Source: Armatimonadota bacterium
GTDB taxonomy: Bacteria; Armatimonadota; SYMT01; JACQGL01
DNA: 54,327 bases
NCBI GenBank assembly: GCA_016199525.1
Contig: JACQGL010000067.1
Coordinates: 1-54,327 of the forward strand
Reading direction: 5' to 3'
Shown: piece after piece, positions 1 through 9,357 of the stretch
How positions within the stretch are numbered: position 1 is the first letter of the stretch
How the letters are laid out: every line of letters starts with the position of its first letter
Notes under the pieces: model-generated
What the model saw: only the letters and a program-made list of their open reading frames with translations
Databases searched by the model: none
Told to the model about the DNA's origin: nothing
Position numbers and translations under genes: made by a program

Positions 1-1031
1 CCCTTAACCTTTGCGGCGGTGAGAAGCACGTCATCGGTAGCCGTACAGTTTGGAAACTTGGCAAGCGCGTATTCAGCCGCTTCGCGGGCGCCCGCGGCAT
101 CCTTCAGCGTGCTGCACGCGCGCACCCAGGCAGACAACGCCGCGGCCAGATTGTTGCCCTCGTCTTCACCACGCATCGATAGCGCCCATAGCCGGCACAG
201 GTCACGCGCCTTGTTCATATCTTTCAGCTGGTTTTCCGCCAGCGACTGGGCATTTTGCAGCACCGAAGGCGTGTAATAGCCCTGGGGAGACGTTTTCGCC
301 AGAGCCTCAGCTTTGGCGATAGCGGCGGCGTAGTCTTTTGCCGCAACCAGATCCTGATACTCTTTACTGGCTGCTGCGTCTGGGTCAGCGTCAGTGGGCA
401 GGCTATCCAACCGCTTGCGGACCTCTTCCCCAAGCGGCTTCAGCTCCGGCGAGCTCATAAGCTGGCCGATTACGGCTTCCACATTCCCGCGAAAGTTCGG
501 CTCCCGCCTGCACTCCCTGAACATCTCCTCAATCTGCTGCCTTATCAGGCTCTCATTCTTCTGGGATATGTAGTAGGATATCAGGCCGGCGTGCATGCCA
601 CTGCGGTTAGAGCTTCCCTTGCAGACACTCAGCATCGCCTTATAAGCGGCAAAGCTTAGCTCCGGCTTGTTCAACTGACCGGCAAGTGTGATTAACTGTG
701 TAGCGGCCGAATACGTTATAGATGGATTTTCATTCGGATACTGGGAGACTATCTCCCCGTAGGTCCCGGCAGCAGTGTAGAGGTCTTTAAGTTCCGCTGC
801 CTGAATCATCGCGATTTGCTGAACCGCGACCGCATGGTACTCGCCACTGGGGAACCTCTTGAGCACCGCCTGATACCCCTGGATGGCCTCCCGGTGATTC
901 CCCTTAGCCTCCTTAGCTCGGGCGGCATCCAGCATCGCCTGCGCGGTGAACAGTGGCTGGGCGAAGCTCACGACCTGTAGCTGGACGAGCACCACCCCTG
1001 CCGTGAGCCAAAAGAAAGCTTTGCGAATCAT
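1..1031 (-). CDS. Secreted TPR-repeat protein, 3' end truncated by the window edge (absent from the ORF track)
   Basis: Hand translation: ATG at 1031 after AAGGAGG, open to the window edge. MIRKAFFWLTAGVVLVQLQVVSFAQ looks like a signal peptide; TPR-like helices follow (GNHREAIQGYQAVLKRFPSG, KDYAAAIAKAEALAKTSPQG). Confidence 0.8.
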   Translation of the reverse strand, partial: MIRKAFFWLTAGVVLVQLQVVSFAQPLFTAQAMLDAARAKEAKGNHREAIQGYQAVLKRFPSGEYHAVAVQQIAMIQAAELKDLYTAAGTYGEIVSQYPNENPSITYSAATQLITLAGQLNKPELSFAAYKAMLSVCKGSSNRSGMHAGLISYYISQKNESLIRQQIEEMFRECRREPNFRGNVEAVIGQLMSSPELKPLGEEVRKRLDSLPTDADPDAAASKEYQDLVAAKDYAAAIAKAEALAKTSPQGYYTPSVLQNAQSLAENQLKDMNKARDLCRLWALSMRGEDEGNNLAAALSAWVRACSTLKDAAGAREAAEYALAKFPNCTATDDVLLTAAKVK

Positions 1032-1189
1032 CTTATAACCTCCTTCACATGAACGCCAAAAGAGGAAAAGGCTGCCAGAAGGTACGCATCATTCCGGGCA
1101 CTACGCTGCACAAATGCCACTGTCCCGCCTGGCAGTCAAGAAGAGGGCTTGCAGCGGATCCCTTTGGACCGCCGGTAAGCGATCCCTCG

Positions 1190-1600
1190 CTAATGAAGCG
1201 TCACGTCCACAGCGTCCTGTAGGCGGATGATAGGTGTGCGCTGAGTTCCAGCCTTCTTGAACGATGCGATGCCCGTTGCGGAGACGTACTGTCACACGGT
1301 AGGCAAGCTGTCCCCGTGGACCTTGACTCCGACGTTCCCACCGCCAGCCAAGATATTCGATCCGTCGTCAACAGAGAAGAAAGGGGCTCCGGTACTTGGG
1401 TTGACACCGCCGTTCGTCGCCTTCCTCCAGATCCTAACGAGCAGTCCACAAGTGGCTGTTGTCACAACGAGATCGGATAGATTCACCGGCACGGCGGCTG
1501 ACCGCTTCTTGAATTCGCCAAGGTTGGACCCGGGTCCTGCTATGCGATTCAGGATGAACATCACCGGCCGCTTTCCTGGGGCAGGTGATCCGTAACCCGC
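1190..1600 (-). pseudogene. Degenerate C-terminal fragment of a secreted protein (OB-fold-like tail recalled from Armatimonadota proteins); start boundary approximate
   Basis: The frame reads GLLVRIWRKAT...FFSVDDGS...GVKVHGDSLPTV*QYVSATGIASF...RTPIIRLQDAVDVTLH*. The TGA at 1292-1294 interrupts a motif that continues in frame to TAG at 1190. No convincing start codon. Confidence 0.55.
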
Positions 1601-1902
1601 TGGATCGTCCGGCGCCGGGCCGGATCGGAATTGAGGCGAACCCTTCCGGCCGGACACACATCCGAAATGAACCCTTACAAGTGTCGACGGCACTCTCGGT
1701 GTGGGTGTGCAGGCTACACCAAGTGGAAGTGCGCCGCCGCACGAGGGGAGGTTCCATCGAAAGGGGTGGAAAAGCGGTCAGGCGGCAACCCTCTCCTTGG
1801 CTCTGACCCGAACTCCGTTCTGGTAGACCACTCCCTCCGCTACCTCGGCCAGTAGTTCCGGCGCATCCCGCCGGTCGTCGTTCCCGCCCCAAGTGGGAAG
1901 CA

Positions 1903-2323
1903 CGCTATCTGGAATCACCGCGTGGCAAGCAGCTCTACGCCCGCCGTAGCGGGACGATCGAACCGTCGTTTGGCAACCTGAAAGAGCACTTCGGCATTGA
2001 CCCAGTGTGGGTGCGAGGGCTGGTCCCGATGCAATCGGGATCGGCACCTTCCTCCTGACGGCGATCTACGCGCACCAGGTCCTGATGTGGATGAACGTCG
2101 AAGAACGTCAGCCTGTGGGCCAGGTGCGCGACCGGATCAACGCACTGTAAATGGCGAGTGTCCGAAGCGCTACAGGCAGCACGATCTCGCGATGGCTCGC
2201 TTGGTCCCTGGCTCGGCGAGTCAGGGTCGGTCACCCAATCGAGGGTCAGCCACCCAGCGTAGTCCCGCTAACCCAAAACGGCAATCAGGGAGACGCTTGG
2301 TCGGGCCATTATGCACAACCCTC
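1903..2323 (+). mobile_element. IS remnant: C-terminus of a DDE transposase (IS4/IS5/IS1182-like) with a frameshift, plus a putative right end
   Basis: RYLESPRGKQLYARRSGTIEPSFGNLKEHFGIDPVWVRGL contains the Y..R...IE..F..LK signature. After a frameshift it reads IGTFLLTAIYAHQVLMWMN...AL* (stop at 2150). Candidate terminus TTATGCACAACCCTC at 2309-2323. Confidence 0.7.
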
Positions 2324-2536
2324 GATTAGGCAGATGAGAGTATTAGGATGTTAGCGCGAGTCTGACGAATACCCCTGTACAAGAGAGGGCGCCGGGATGG
2401 AACCGACATTCCGGACGTGTTCCCGATGCGGAGCTTCTCTGTCGCCAGACGTTGCCTTCTGCCCGCACTGCGGCCGCCGCAACAAGCCCACAAGGGTACC
2501 CGTCGCCCAGGGCTTGCCGTCAAGGGAGGTATCCTG

Positions 2537-3466
2537 ATGCGAGAGGACGATTACCTGCGGCCGGCGAGAATCTATGCCGATAAGGGCAACTATGCGCAGG
2601 CGCTCCACATCTGCCAGCGGGGGTTGGGGGAACACCCTGACAGCCTGCCGTTGCTGGAGCTCGCGGCTCAGGCGGCATTGCTCCTACAAGACGAGCACCA
2701 GCACGCTACTTATGCCCTCCGTGTTGCCAACCTGAACCTTGCGCAAGATGACCGAATGGCAGCCCGTGCCGTGTGCCAGTTCTGCAGGGAATCCAATCTC
2801 ACGCGCGCTAGGATGCTCCTGGAGACCGCATGGCGTCGGTTCCCGCGATCTGCATCTCTTGCCGCCGCCGATCTGGTGTACTGCTGCTATGCGCACCAGA
2901 TGCCCGAGGCACGGTACCTGCCACTCGCCTACCTGAACGCAGGGGATGTGCTGGCTCAATCTGGCCTGCCGATGGCGGTTGCCGTCTGGACCTGGGGCCT
3001 GGACCACTACCCTGAAGACCCCTCGCTCCACGAGCGTCTCGCCCACGCTTACACCCAATTGGGGGATACCAGCCGGGCGAGATTACACCTGGACTGGCTG
3101 CAGGTTCATCGCGCCCAACAGGCACATCAGGCGGCCAGAAGCGCGCAGACTGGTGCGATCCTAGGCGGCACAACAGCTGTGGCGGGCGGTGCAGTAGGGG
3201 TGGGCGGCGCGGTGGCAGGTACGGCTATCGGTGCGCTCGGCTTGTCGCTGACCGCGTCGGGAGCAGCGGTATCGGCAACGGGATGTGGATGCCTCATCGG
3301 GCTTCCGGTGATGGCGCTCGGTGTGCTGCTCTGCATCACCGGGGTTGCCTGGGGCGTTCTGTCTGCCGCCATCGGGGGCCTGCTCGGCCTGCTCGGGATC
3401 ACAACGGCAGGAATAGCACACTACCGGGCCTCAAAGGGACAGAACGGGCGATCACGGCGGCGATGA
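2537..3466 (+). CDS. TPR-repeat protein with a Gly/Ala-rich hydrophobic C-terminal (membrane) region, 309 aa
   Basis: ATG 2537 follows AGGGAGG. TPR-like segments GNYAQALHICQRGLGEHPDS and YPEDPSLHERLAHAYTQLGD. The C-terminal ~90 aa are GxxxG-rich and hydrophobic. Confidence 0.75.
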   Translation: MREDDYLRPARIYADKGNYAQALHICQRGLGEHPDSLPLLELAAQAALLLQDEHQHATYALRVANLNLAQDDRMAARAVCQFCRESNLTRARMLLETAWRRFPRSASLAAADLVYCCYAHQMPEARYLPLAYLNAGDVLAQSGLPMAVAVWTWGLDHYPEDPSLHERLAHAYTQLGDTSRARLHLDWLQVHRAQQAHQAARSAQTGAILGGTTAVAGGAVGVGGAVAGTAIGALGLSLTASGAAVSATGCGCLIGLPVMALGVLLCITGVAWGVLSAAIGGLLGLLGITTAGIAHYRASKGQNGRSRRR

Positions 3467-3483
3467 GATGCGCGGCGCGGGGC

Positions 3484-3596
3484 GCCGCCTGGCCAAAGAC
3501 TACGAGCGACTGCCTGAAACGGTTGCCGGGCTGCATTTCGTGGTGTTCGCCTGCCTGACCCGTACGGGCCGCTGCTCGCAAGTGCATAACACACTC
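3484..3596 (+). mobile_element. IS5-family transposase C-terminal remnant with right end
   Basis: RRLAKDYERLPETVAGLHFVVFACL is a typical IS5-family transposase C-terminus. It is followed by the IR-like end GTGCATAACACACTC. Confidence 0.8.
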
Positions 3597-3613
3597 CAGA
3601 AGGGATTCGCCGC

Positions 3614-4801
3614 CTACGAAGGCGGGCGTGCCGATCTCCACGCCGGGTCTTCCGAGGCGAGATTCTCGATCCGGTACGGCCGGTATTGCCCGATTCTCCG
3701 ATAGTTCTCGTGATACCGCGCGAGCTTGTCCGGATCGACCTCGATCCCCAGGCCCGGCGGGGACGGTACGCCCCAGTGCGGCTGCCGGGCAATGGGAATC
3801 GGCTCGGTCAGGATGTCGTCAGCCATCATCGTGGCTGTCTGCTGGTGCCCTTCCACGATGCGCGGCAGCGTTAGCAGCACCTGCTGTCCCGCCGCCGCTG
3901 CAATGCCCAGCTCTCCGTGGGTGTGCTTGCAGACGCGCATCCCCTGGAGCGCGGCGACGCAGGAGAGGCGGTGAAAATGGCCGATGCTGCCGACCCAGTA
4001 CGGGCTGAAGCAGAGCACGTCGCAGGCGCGCCGCGTGATAACCTCCCAGGCATCCGCCACGCGCCATAACCCCTCGTTTGCGGCAAGCAGTACGTCCGTC
4101 TTCTGCTTGAGTTCGATCATGTTCTCTACGGGATCGGCAGGAACCGGCTGCTCGGCGAAATCGACGCCGTACTGATCCAGCCGCCGCAGGTTGCGTGCCG
4201 CCTCGGCGACGCTCCAGGCTTCATTGGCGTCGATGCGGATCTTGCGATCTGGCCCGATCGCCTGCCGGATGATGCGTAGCGCCTCGACCTCCCGCTCGAT
4301 GTCGATGCCCGTCTTGATGTAGAAGATCTCGAACCCGGCTGCCACGCCGCGCCGACACTCTTCCTCCAGAACCGACAGGTCGCCGGTGGGAAGATACCAG
4401 AAGTAGCTGACGCGGGTGCGGCGCAGTCCCCCGAGCAGGTTGTAGATCGGCTGCCCTGCGGCCTTGCCACAGAGGTCCCATAGAGCCATATCCACGCCGG
4501 CCCAGGCGAAGTTGAACGTCGGCTCGCGGAAATTCCAGATGCCCCGGCGGTAGCAATCGTGCCACAGCGCTTCCCGGTTCCAGGGATTCCGCCCCAGCAG
4601 CAGCGGCTCGAACGCCCGCAGCGCCTCGTAGACCGATTCGACGTTCGCCCCGCTGCAGCTCTCACCCCAGCCGACCGAGCCGTCGTCCGTCACAATCCTC
4701 ACGACCACGTCGGTAACGCCGTCACGATTCACCTGGGAACTATTCTCGCGATGGGTATAGGGGACGCTGACTGTCGTCAGCTCGAGGGCGGCGATTCGCA
4801 T
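3614..4801 (-). CDS. Mandelate racemase/muconate lactonizing enzyme family protein (enolase superfamily)
   Basis: TDDGSVGWGE, GVDMALWDLCGK, RIDANEAW, EQP and ANE metal-ligand motifs. Start placed at ATG 4801 after AGGGAGG. Confidence 0.9.
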   Translation of the reverse strand: MRIAALELTTVSVPYTHRENSSQVNRDGVTDVVVRIVTDDGSVGWGESCSGANVESVYEALRAFEPLLLGRNPWNREALWHDCYRRGIWNFREPTFNFAWAGVDMALWDLCGKAAGQPIYNLLGGLRRTRVSYFWYLPTGDLSVLEEECRRGVAAGFEIFYIKTGIDIEREVEALRIIRQAIGPDRKIRIDANEAWSVAEAARNLRRLDQYGVDFAEQPVPADPVENMIELKQKTDVLLAANEGLWRVADAWEVITRRACDVLCFSPYWVGSIGHFHRLSCVAALQGMRVCKHTHGELGIAAAAGQQVLLTLPRIVEGHQQTATMMADDILTEPIPIARQPHWGVPSPPGLGIEVDPDKLARYHENYRRIGQYRPYRIENLASEDPAWRSARPPS

Positions 4802-5631
4802 CTTCCGTGGGCCTCCCTTTCTCTGCTTGGCCGGTTTATGCTCTCCATCACGTCGATATGAGCGCACTTGAACGCCGCATACCCGGCGTCCACCTGATGG
4901 ATGCTTCCCGTGATACCGCGCGCCTCGTCGGAGGCCAGAAAGAGCGCCAGCGGCACGACATCCTCCGGCGGCGGCACGGGTAGCAGATGGAGCGCCTGGA
5001 TCTGCTCGCGCGACACCGGGTCGTCCATAAAAACCGCCTGCGGCTCAGTCGCGACGAAGCCCGGTGAGATCGCATTCACGCGAATGTGGTAGCGCGCCAG
5101 TCCCGCGGCGAGGGACCGGGTCATCGCGAGGACACCGCCTTTGGCGGCCGTGTAGGCGTCCAGTCCCGGACAGCCGATCTGCGCATCCACCGTCCCCGTG
5201 AAGACCATGGCCCCACCGCCCCTCCGGATCATCGCCTGGCCCGCGTACTTCGCGCACAGAAACACACCGCGCAGGATCACCCGGTGAATGCGGTCGAACA
5301 CCTCCTCGTCCAGGTCGGTGGCGCAGGCATCCCGGAGGTTGATCAGGGGGACATCCGCGGCGTTCGTGAACAGGATATCCACACCACCGAACGTCTCCTC
5401 CGCGTGCGCCACCGTGTTCCGGACGCTCTCCGAATCGCCCACATCCGTTCGGACGAAGAGGCTCCGGCCACCGGCATCCCGTATTCTCGCCGCCACCCGC
5501 TCGCCGGAATCCGGGTTGATCTCTGCCACAACGACGGCGGCGCCCTCACGGGCAAAGAGCATGGCCCCGGCTCGGCCGATCCCCGATCCGGCGCCGGTGA
5601 TGAGCGCCGTTTTGCCTTTCAGTCGGTCCAT
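4777..5631 (-). CDS. SDR family NAD(P)-dependent oxidoreductase
   Basis: TGAGSGIG Rossmann motif, YTAAK catalytic motif, IRVNAISPG. Confidence 0.92.
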   Translation of the reverse strand: MDRLKGKTALITGAGSGIGRAGAMLFAREGAAVVVAEINPDSGERVAARIRDAGGRSLFVRTDVGDSESVRNTVAHAEETFGGVDILFTNAADVPLINLRDACATDLDEEVFDRIHRVILRGVFLCAKYAGQAMIRRGGGAMVFTGTVDAQIGCPGLDAYTAAKGGVLAMTRSLAAGLARYHIRVNAISPGFVATEPQAVFMDDPVSREQIQALHLLPVPPPEDVVPLALFLASDEARGITGSIHQVDAGYAAFKCAHIDVMESINRPSREREAHGRCESPPSS

Positions 5632-5696
5632 CGCGTCCCGCCTCCCTTCCGCAACTGCCTCCCATCTCCTTTTCCCGTCGCGATCCGGGGAAACCT

Positions 5697-5725
5697 TTGA
5701 CAGCGCGGTAGGATTCCTCTACACT
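5697..5725 (+). promoter_or_regulatory. Sigma70-type promoter for the GH4 gene
   Basis: TTGACA (5697-5702), 17-nt spacer, TACACT (5720-5725). Confidence 0.7.
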
Positions 5726-5782
5726 CAGTCGTATTGGTTACGAGGGGAAGCGGGTCAGGCAGTTCACAGAAAGGATGGGCTG

Positions 5783-7159
5783 ATGCGAGAGAAGATCGTC
5801 TTAATCGGCGCGGGGAGTGCCATGTTCACGCGCGGCCTGCTGGCCGACCTGATCCAGCGCGGCTGGGAGGCGGAGCTGGCGCTGGTGGACACAGATCCGT
5901 CCGCCCTGGAAGTGGCGGAAGGATTGGCGCGCAAGATGATGGCGGCGAAAGCCGCTCCCCTCCGATTGTCGGCGGCGCAGGATCGGCGCGACGTGCTGCG
6001 GGATGCCACCGCCGTTATCTGCACGGTGGGGGTCGGCGGTCGGCGCGCCTGGGAGCAGGATGTCTTCATTCCTCGCCAGTACGGCCTCTACTACCCGGTT
6101 GGCGACACCGTTGGGCCGGGGGGCGCAGCGCGCGCGCTGCGGATGATCCCGGCGATGGTGAGGATCGCCGAAGACATTCTGGATCTCGCCCCGCAGGCGC
6201 TCTTCTTTAACTATGCCAACCCGATGTCCGCCAACTGTCGGGCGATTCGCAAGGCGACGGGCGCCCCGGTCGTTGGGCTGTGTCATGGCGTCTCCGGTGT
6301 CGGCCACTACCTCGCAGAGACGTTGGGAGTCGCCCGGTCAGAGATCCGTTACGCAGCGGTAGGCATCAACCATCTCACCTGGTTTGTGGAGGTGCGGGTG
6401 GGTGGAGAAGATGCCCTGCCTCGTCTGCGAGAGATCGCGGCACGGAAGGTGGCCCAATACGCCGAGCAGCAGGCGCGGTCCACGGAGGGAACGGAGGGCG
6501 GGGTGGGCGAGTCGTATCGAGAGAACCCCTTCTGCTGGCATCTGGTGCACCTGTTCGGTGCGTTTCCCTCCGCCATGGATCCGCACGTCACAGAGTTCTT
6601 TCCCCAGTTCTTCCGCGACGGGCGGTACTACGGCAAGATCCTGGGGGTGGATGCCTTCAGCTTCGAGCGCCGCATCGCCCGCGGCGACGCGATCTACGCA
6701 GAGATGCGCGAAGATGCTCTCTCGCCGCAACCACTCGGCCCCGACTACTTGGGCCGGACCGGCGGGGAGCACGAGCAGGTGCTGGACATCATCGAGGTGA
6801 TCCGCACGGCGAGGAGCACGATCTACTCTGCCAATCTCCCGAACGCGGGCCAGGTCCCGAACCTACCTCCGGCGGCGGTGCTCGAAAGCCCGGCGGTTGC
6901 CGATGGCGGCGGGTTGCGCGCCATCCAGCAGCACCCCCTGCCGACGGCGCTCGCTGGTACACTCGCCACGCGGTTCCTCTGGGTGGAGACCGTCGTCGAT
7001 GCCGCGCTGGAGGGCAGCCGGGAGAAGTTCATCCAGGCGCTGGTTCTCGACGGGGCGGTCGACTCCCTGGAAACGGCGACCCGCCTGGCGGATGACCTGC
7101 TAACCGCCCACGCCCAGTTCCTGCCCCAGTTCGAGCGGGCCAGAGCCGGAAGAGCGTAG
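5783..7159 (+). CDS. Family 4 glycoside hydrolase (NAD+/Mn2+-dependent, alpha-galactosidase/glucosidase-like)
   Basis: [31 protein letters not shown] and GINH motifs. Start placed at ATG 5783. Confidence 0.9.
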   Translation: MREKIVLIGAGSAMFTRGLLADLIQRGWEAELALVDTDPSALEVAEGLARKMMAAKAAPLRLSAAQDRRDVLRDATAVICTVGVGGRRAWEQDVFIPRQYGLYYPVGDTVGPGGAARALRMIPAMVRIAEDILDLAPQALFFNYANPMSANCRAIRKATGAPVVGLCHGVSGVGHYLAETLGVARSEIRYAAVGINHLTWFVEVRVGGEDALPRLREIAARKVAQYAEQQARSTEGTEGGVGESYRENPFCWHLVHLFGAFPSAMDPHVTEFFPQFFRDGRYYGKILGVDAFSFERRIARGDAIYAEMREDALSPQPLGPDYLGRTGGEHEQVLDIIEVIRTARSTIYSANLPNAGQVPNLPPAAVLESPAVADGGGLRAIQQHPLPTALAGTLATRFLWVETVVDAALEGSREKFIQALVLDGAVDSLETATRLADDLLTAHAQFLPQFERARAGRA

Positions 7160-7194
7160 CGGCGAGCTGTCCGGACCACCCCTTTGGGGCGGTG

Positions 7195-7332
7195 CCCCGT
7201 CACGATGTCCTCGATGCGATGCGTCCGCCACTGGAAGAAGGCACCATGAGCCGGGCCGGCGTCAACGCGACCTTCACCAATCCCACCCGCCTCACCTTGG
7301 TAGTGATGAACTCCTGCCCGTGTGCTCATTAG
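7195..7332 (+). pseudogene. comM: Degenerate internal fragment of ComM/YifB (Mg-chelatase-like AAA+ ATPase)
   Basis: Hand translation DVLDAMRPPLEEGTMSRAGVNATFTNPTRLTLVVMNSCPCAH* resembles the ComM consensus VLEALRQPLEDG..ISRA...FPARF.LVAAMNPCPCG. Confidence 0.65.
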
Positions 7333-7485
7333 CTCCGGTAACGCCTGCACCCTGGAGCGGAAGTACGTCAGCCTCTGCGGGAGGTGGATAGGACAGGCGG
7401 AGCGGTGGCGGGCAGTCTGACGACGGCAGGAGCGAGTACCGCCGGTCGTGCGACTCGGAACGCAGTGGGCATCCTTCCAGCCCCG

Positions 7486-9357
7486 CTATCGCGCCACCCC
7501 AACCCAGACGCCCTCGTGGCACTCGAAGTCGACGGTGAACTGCCCGATGTTCGTAATCGCGGCGTTGGGGTCATAGACGATGAAGAGGACGCAGGCCCCC
7601 TGCTGGCGGTACACGAGCACACGGCTCGTCATCTCGGTCTGGATGCCGTTCAGCCGGTCCCTACCCCGCACGTACTTGAACTCCAGGAAGAGCGGCTTCG
7701 CGCCGTCCGTGGGCAGGTCGGAGAAGTCCGCCTTCGTAGTGACCGCGCCGAAGGGTAGTTGCGGCGTCTCCCGGTACAGAGTCTCCATCGCACCCTGGAA
7801 CACGGCCTCGCCAACGTCCTGAACGTGCCGTTCGCTCCTCGCCTCCTCGGTCTGGAACGCGGACGGGAGCGCCGAGCAGAGGAGGTCTCGCAAGCGGTGC
7901 GCGCAGCGGTCACGCGGGTCCACGACGTGCTGACCGCGCCCCATCAGCCCCAGGAGCGACGTGGGCGGGAGCGTGCCCCGGCGTATCAGCGCGGCGTGGT
8001 GCCCAATCATCAAGTCGAGGACCCCATTCACGTTCTGCTGGTGGCGTTGGAACAAAGACCAGAGTTGCTCGCCGTGCCAGTCCGGGTTCCCATCCGTGGG
8101 CAGGCAGTCGTACAGCTCCGGAAACTGTTTGAAGAAAGCGTCGGCGTTCGGAAGCTCTTCCAGCAGGCGCGCAAACCGCACGTAGTTCTCGGCGTGCGTC
8201 CGCTCCACGCCCTCGCCCAGCGGGCCGATGAAGATATCCTTCTCATACCGCTTCGCCAGGTCGTACATCTGCATCTCGGCGGCAATCGAGGCGAAGCGCC
8301 GGTCGATACACTGGCTGCACACGCCGCAGTGGGGCTGCTGCTTCGTCATCGCCTCCAAGTGCGCGCAGGAGACGGTTTCCTGGAGAAGCTCCGGGTGGCC
8401 GGAGGCCCGGATATCCTCGAACACCTCCCGGCGCGTTTTGTAGATGAAGGTGTTCCTGATGGTCAGCCCGGCGCGCCCGGTCAGGATGCGTGCAAACTCT
8501 TGCAAGAGTTCCAGGTGGCGCGGGTGCGTGGAGCGCGTCAGGAAGGTGCCGACGTTCTGCCCGGACTGCGGGAGGTTGATGCTCACCACGCCGTTGTCGC
8601 ACAGCCGCACGTCGTCCAGGCCGAGCATCGCCGCCGTGACCACGCCGAGGCTGGCGAAGAGGAACGAGCGGCTGCGCTGCGACTGCTCCTTCGTCCGTGG
8701 GCCACCCTTGCGATTGACCCACATACTGATGTGCGGAAAGTCCCACGCCGGGTACCTTTTCCGGATAAGGCCGACCAGGTTTCTCTGGCGCGCATCTACC
8801 ACCGGAGCGGCGCGGTGGCTTACCAGGACCGGCCGGTGCCCCTGCTGCACAGCTTCGAGAACAGCGGCAAGCGAGTCGGCTCCCCCGGAAAAAAGAATGA
8901 CTACATCCGCTCTCGGCAGCGGGTGGATGGGTTCGTGGAAATGGAGTACCTTCTGGATCGGCTCCCCCTCGGCCCGCTGCACGAACTCGAAGGACCACTC
9001 GTCACCGGTGAGGAAGCGGAGTGTTTCATCCAGCGCCAGCTGCACCTTCGGGTCTTGCCAGAGCGCCAGGTCCCAGACCGGCACTACCATGCGGAACCCC
9101 CGACACCAGCGGTCGGCGAACACGTCCTTCGGCGTGTAGCGCAGCACCCCCCGGTCTGCCATGTAAACGAAGCTCGCCACCCAGAGCAGGTCGTCCAGGT
9201 AGCGCGGAATCTCCTGGCCGAAGCCGGTGCGGAACACGTCGATGTCCCGCCGGAGGTTCTGGTCCGGGCCATAGGTGGATAGTCAGACATCCGAGGCAGA
9301 GGGTGGAGCGTGGGCGGGGAGCGGAGCGCCGTCCGCAAGAACGAAATACTCGTTCAC
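7486..9357 (-). CDS. QueC/QatC-like PP-loop enzyme fused to a C-terminal PD-(D/E)xK (REase_DpnII-MboI-like) nuclease domain; in-frame TGA at codon 25 (the uninterrupted part is 7486-9237)
   Basis: LFSGGADS PP-loop, QRSRSFLF, DNGVVSINLP, TRSTHP, and SCAH...HCGVCSQC Zn site. C-terminal ERHVQD...KADF...LEFK...FIVYDP. GTG 9357 overlaps the upstream stop (GTGA), follows AGGAGG and is in frame; TGA at 9283-9285. Confidence 0.8.

Noticed and set aside
7486-9237. Housekeeping queC for queuosine synthesis
   Set aside because: Much longer than canonical QueC, with QatC-like motifs and a nuclease tail; no queD/queE/queF nearby.
7759-9282. 507-aa plus-strand ORF and similar long antisense ORFs (e.g. 15425-16918, 27450-28868, 34706-35836)
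   Set aside because: Shadow frames of well-supported opposite-strand genes in high-GC DNA, with no recognisable motifs.
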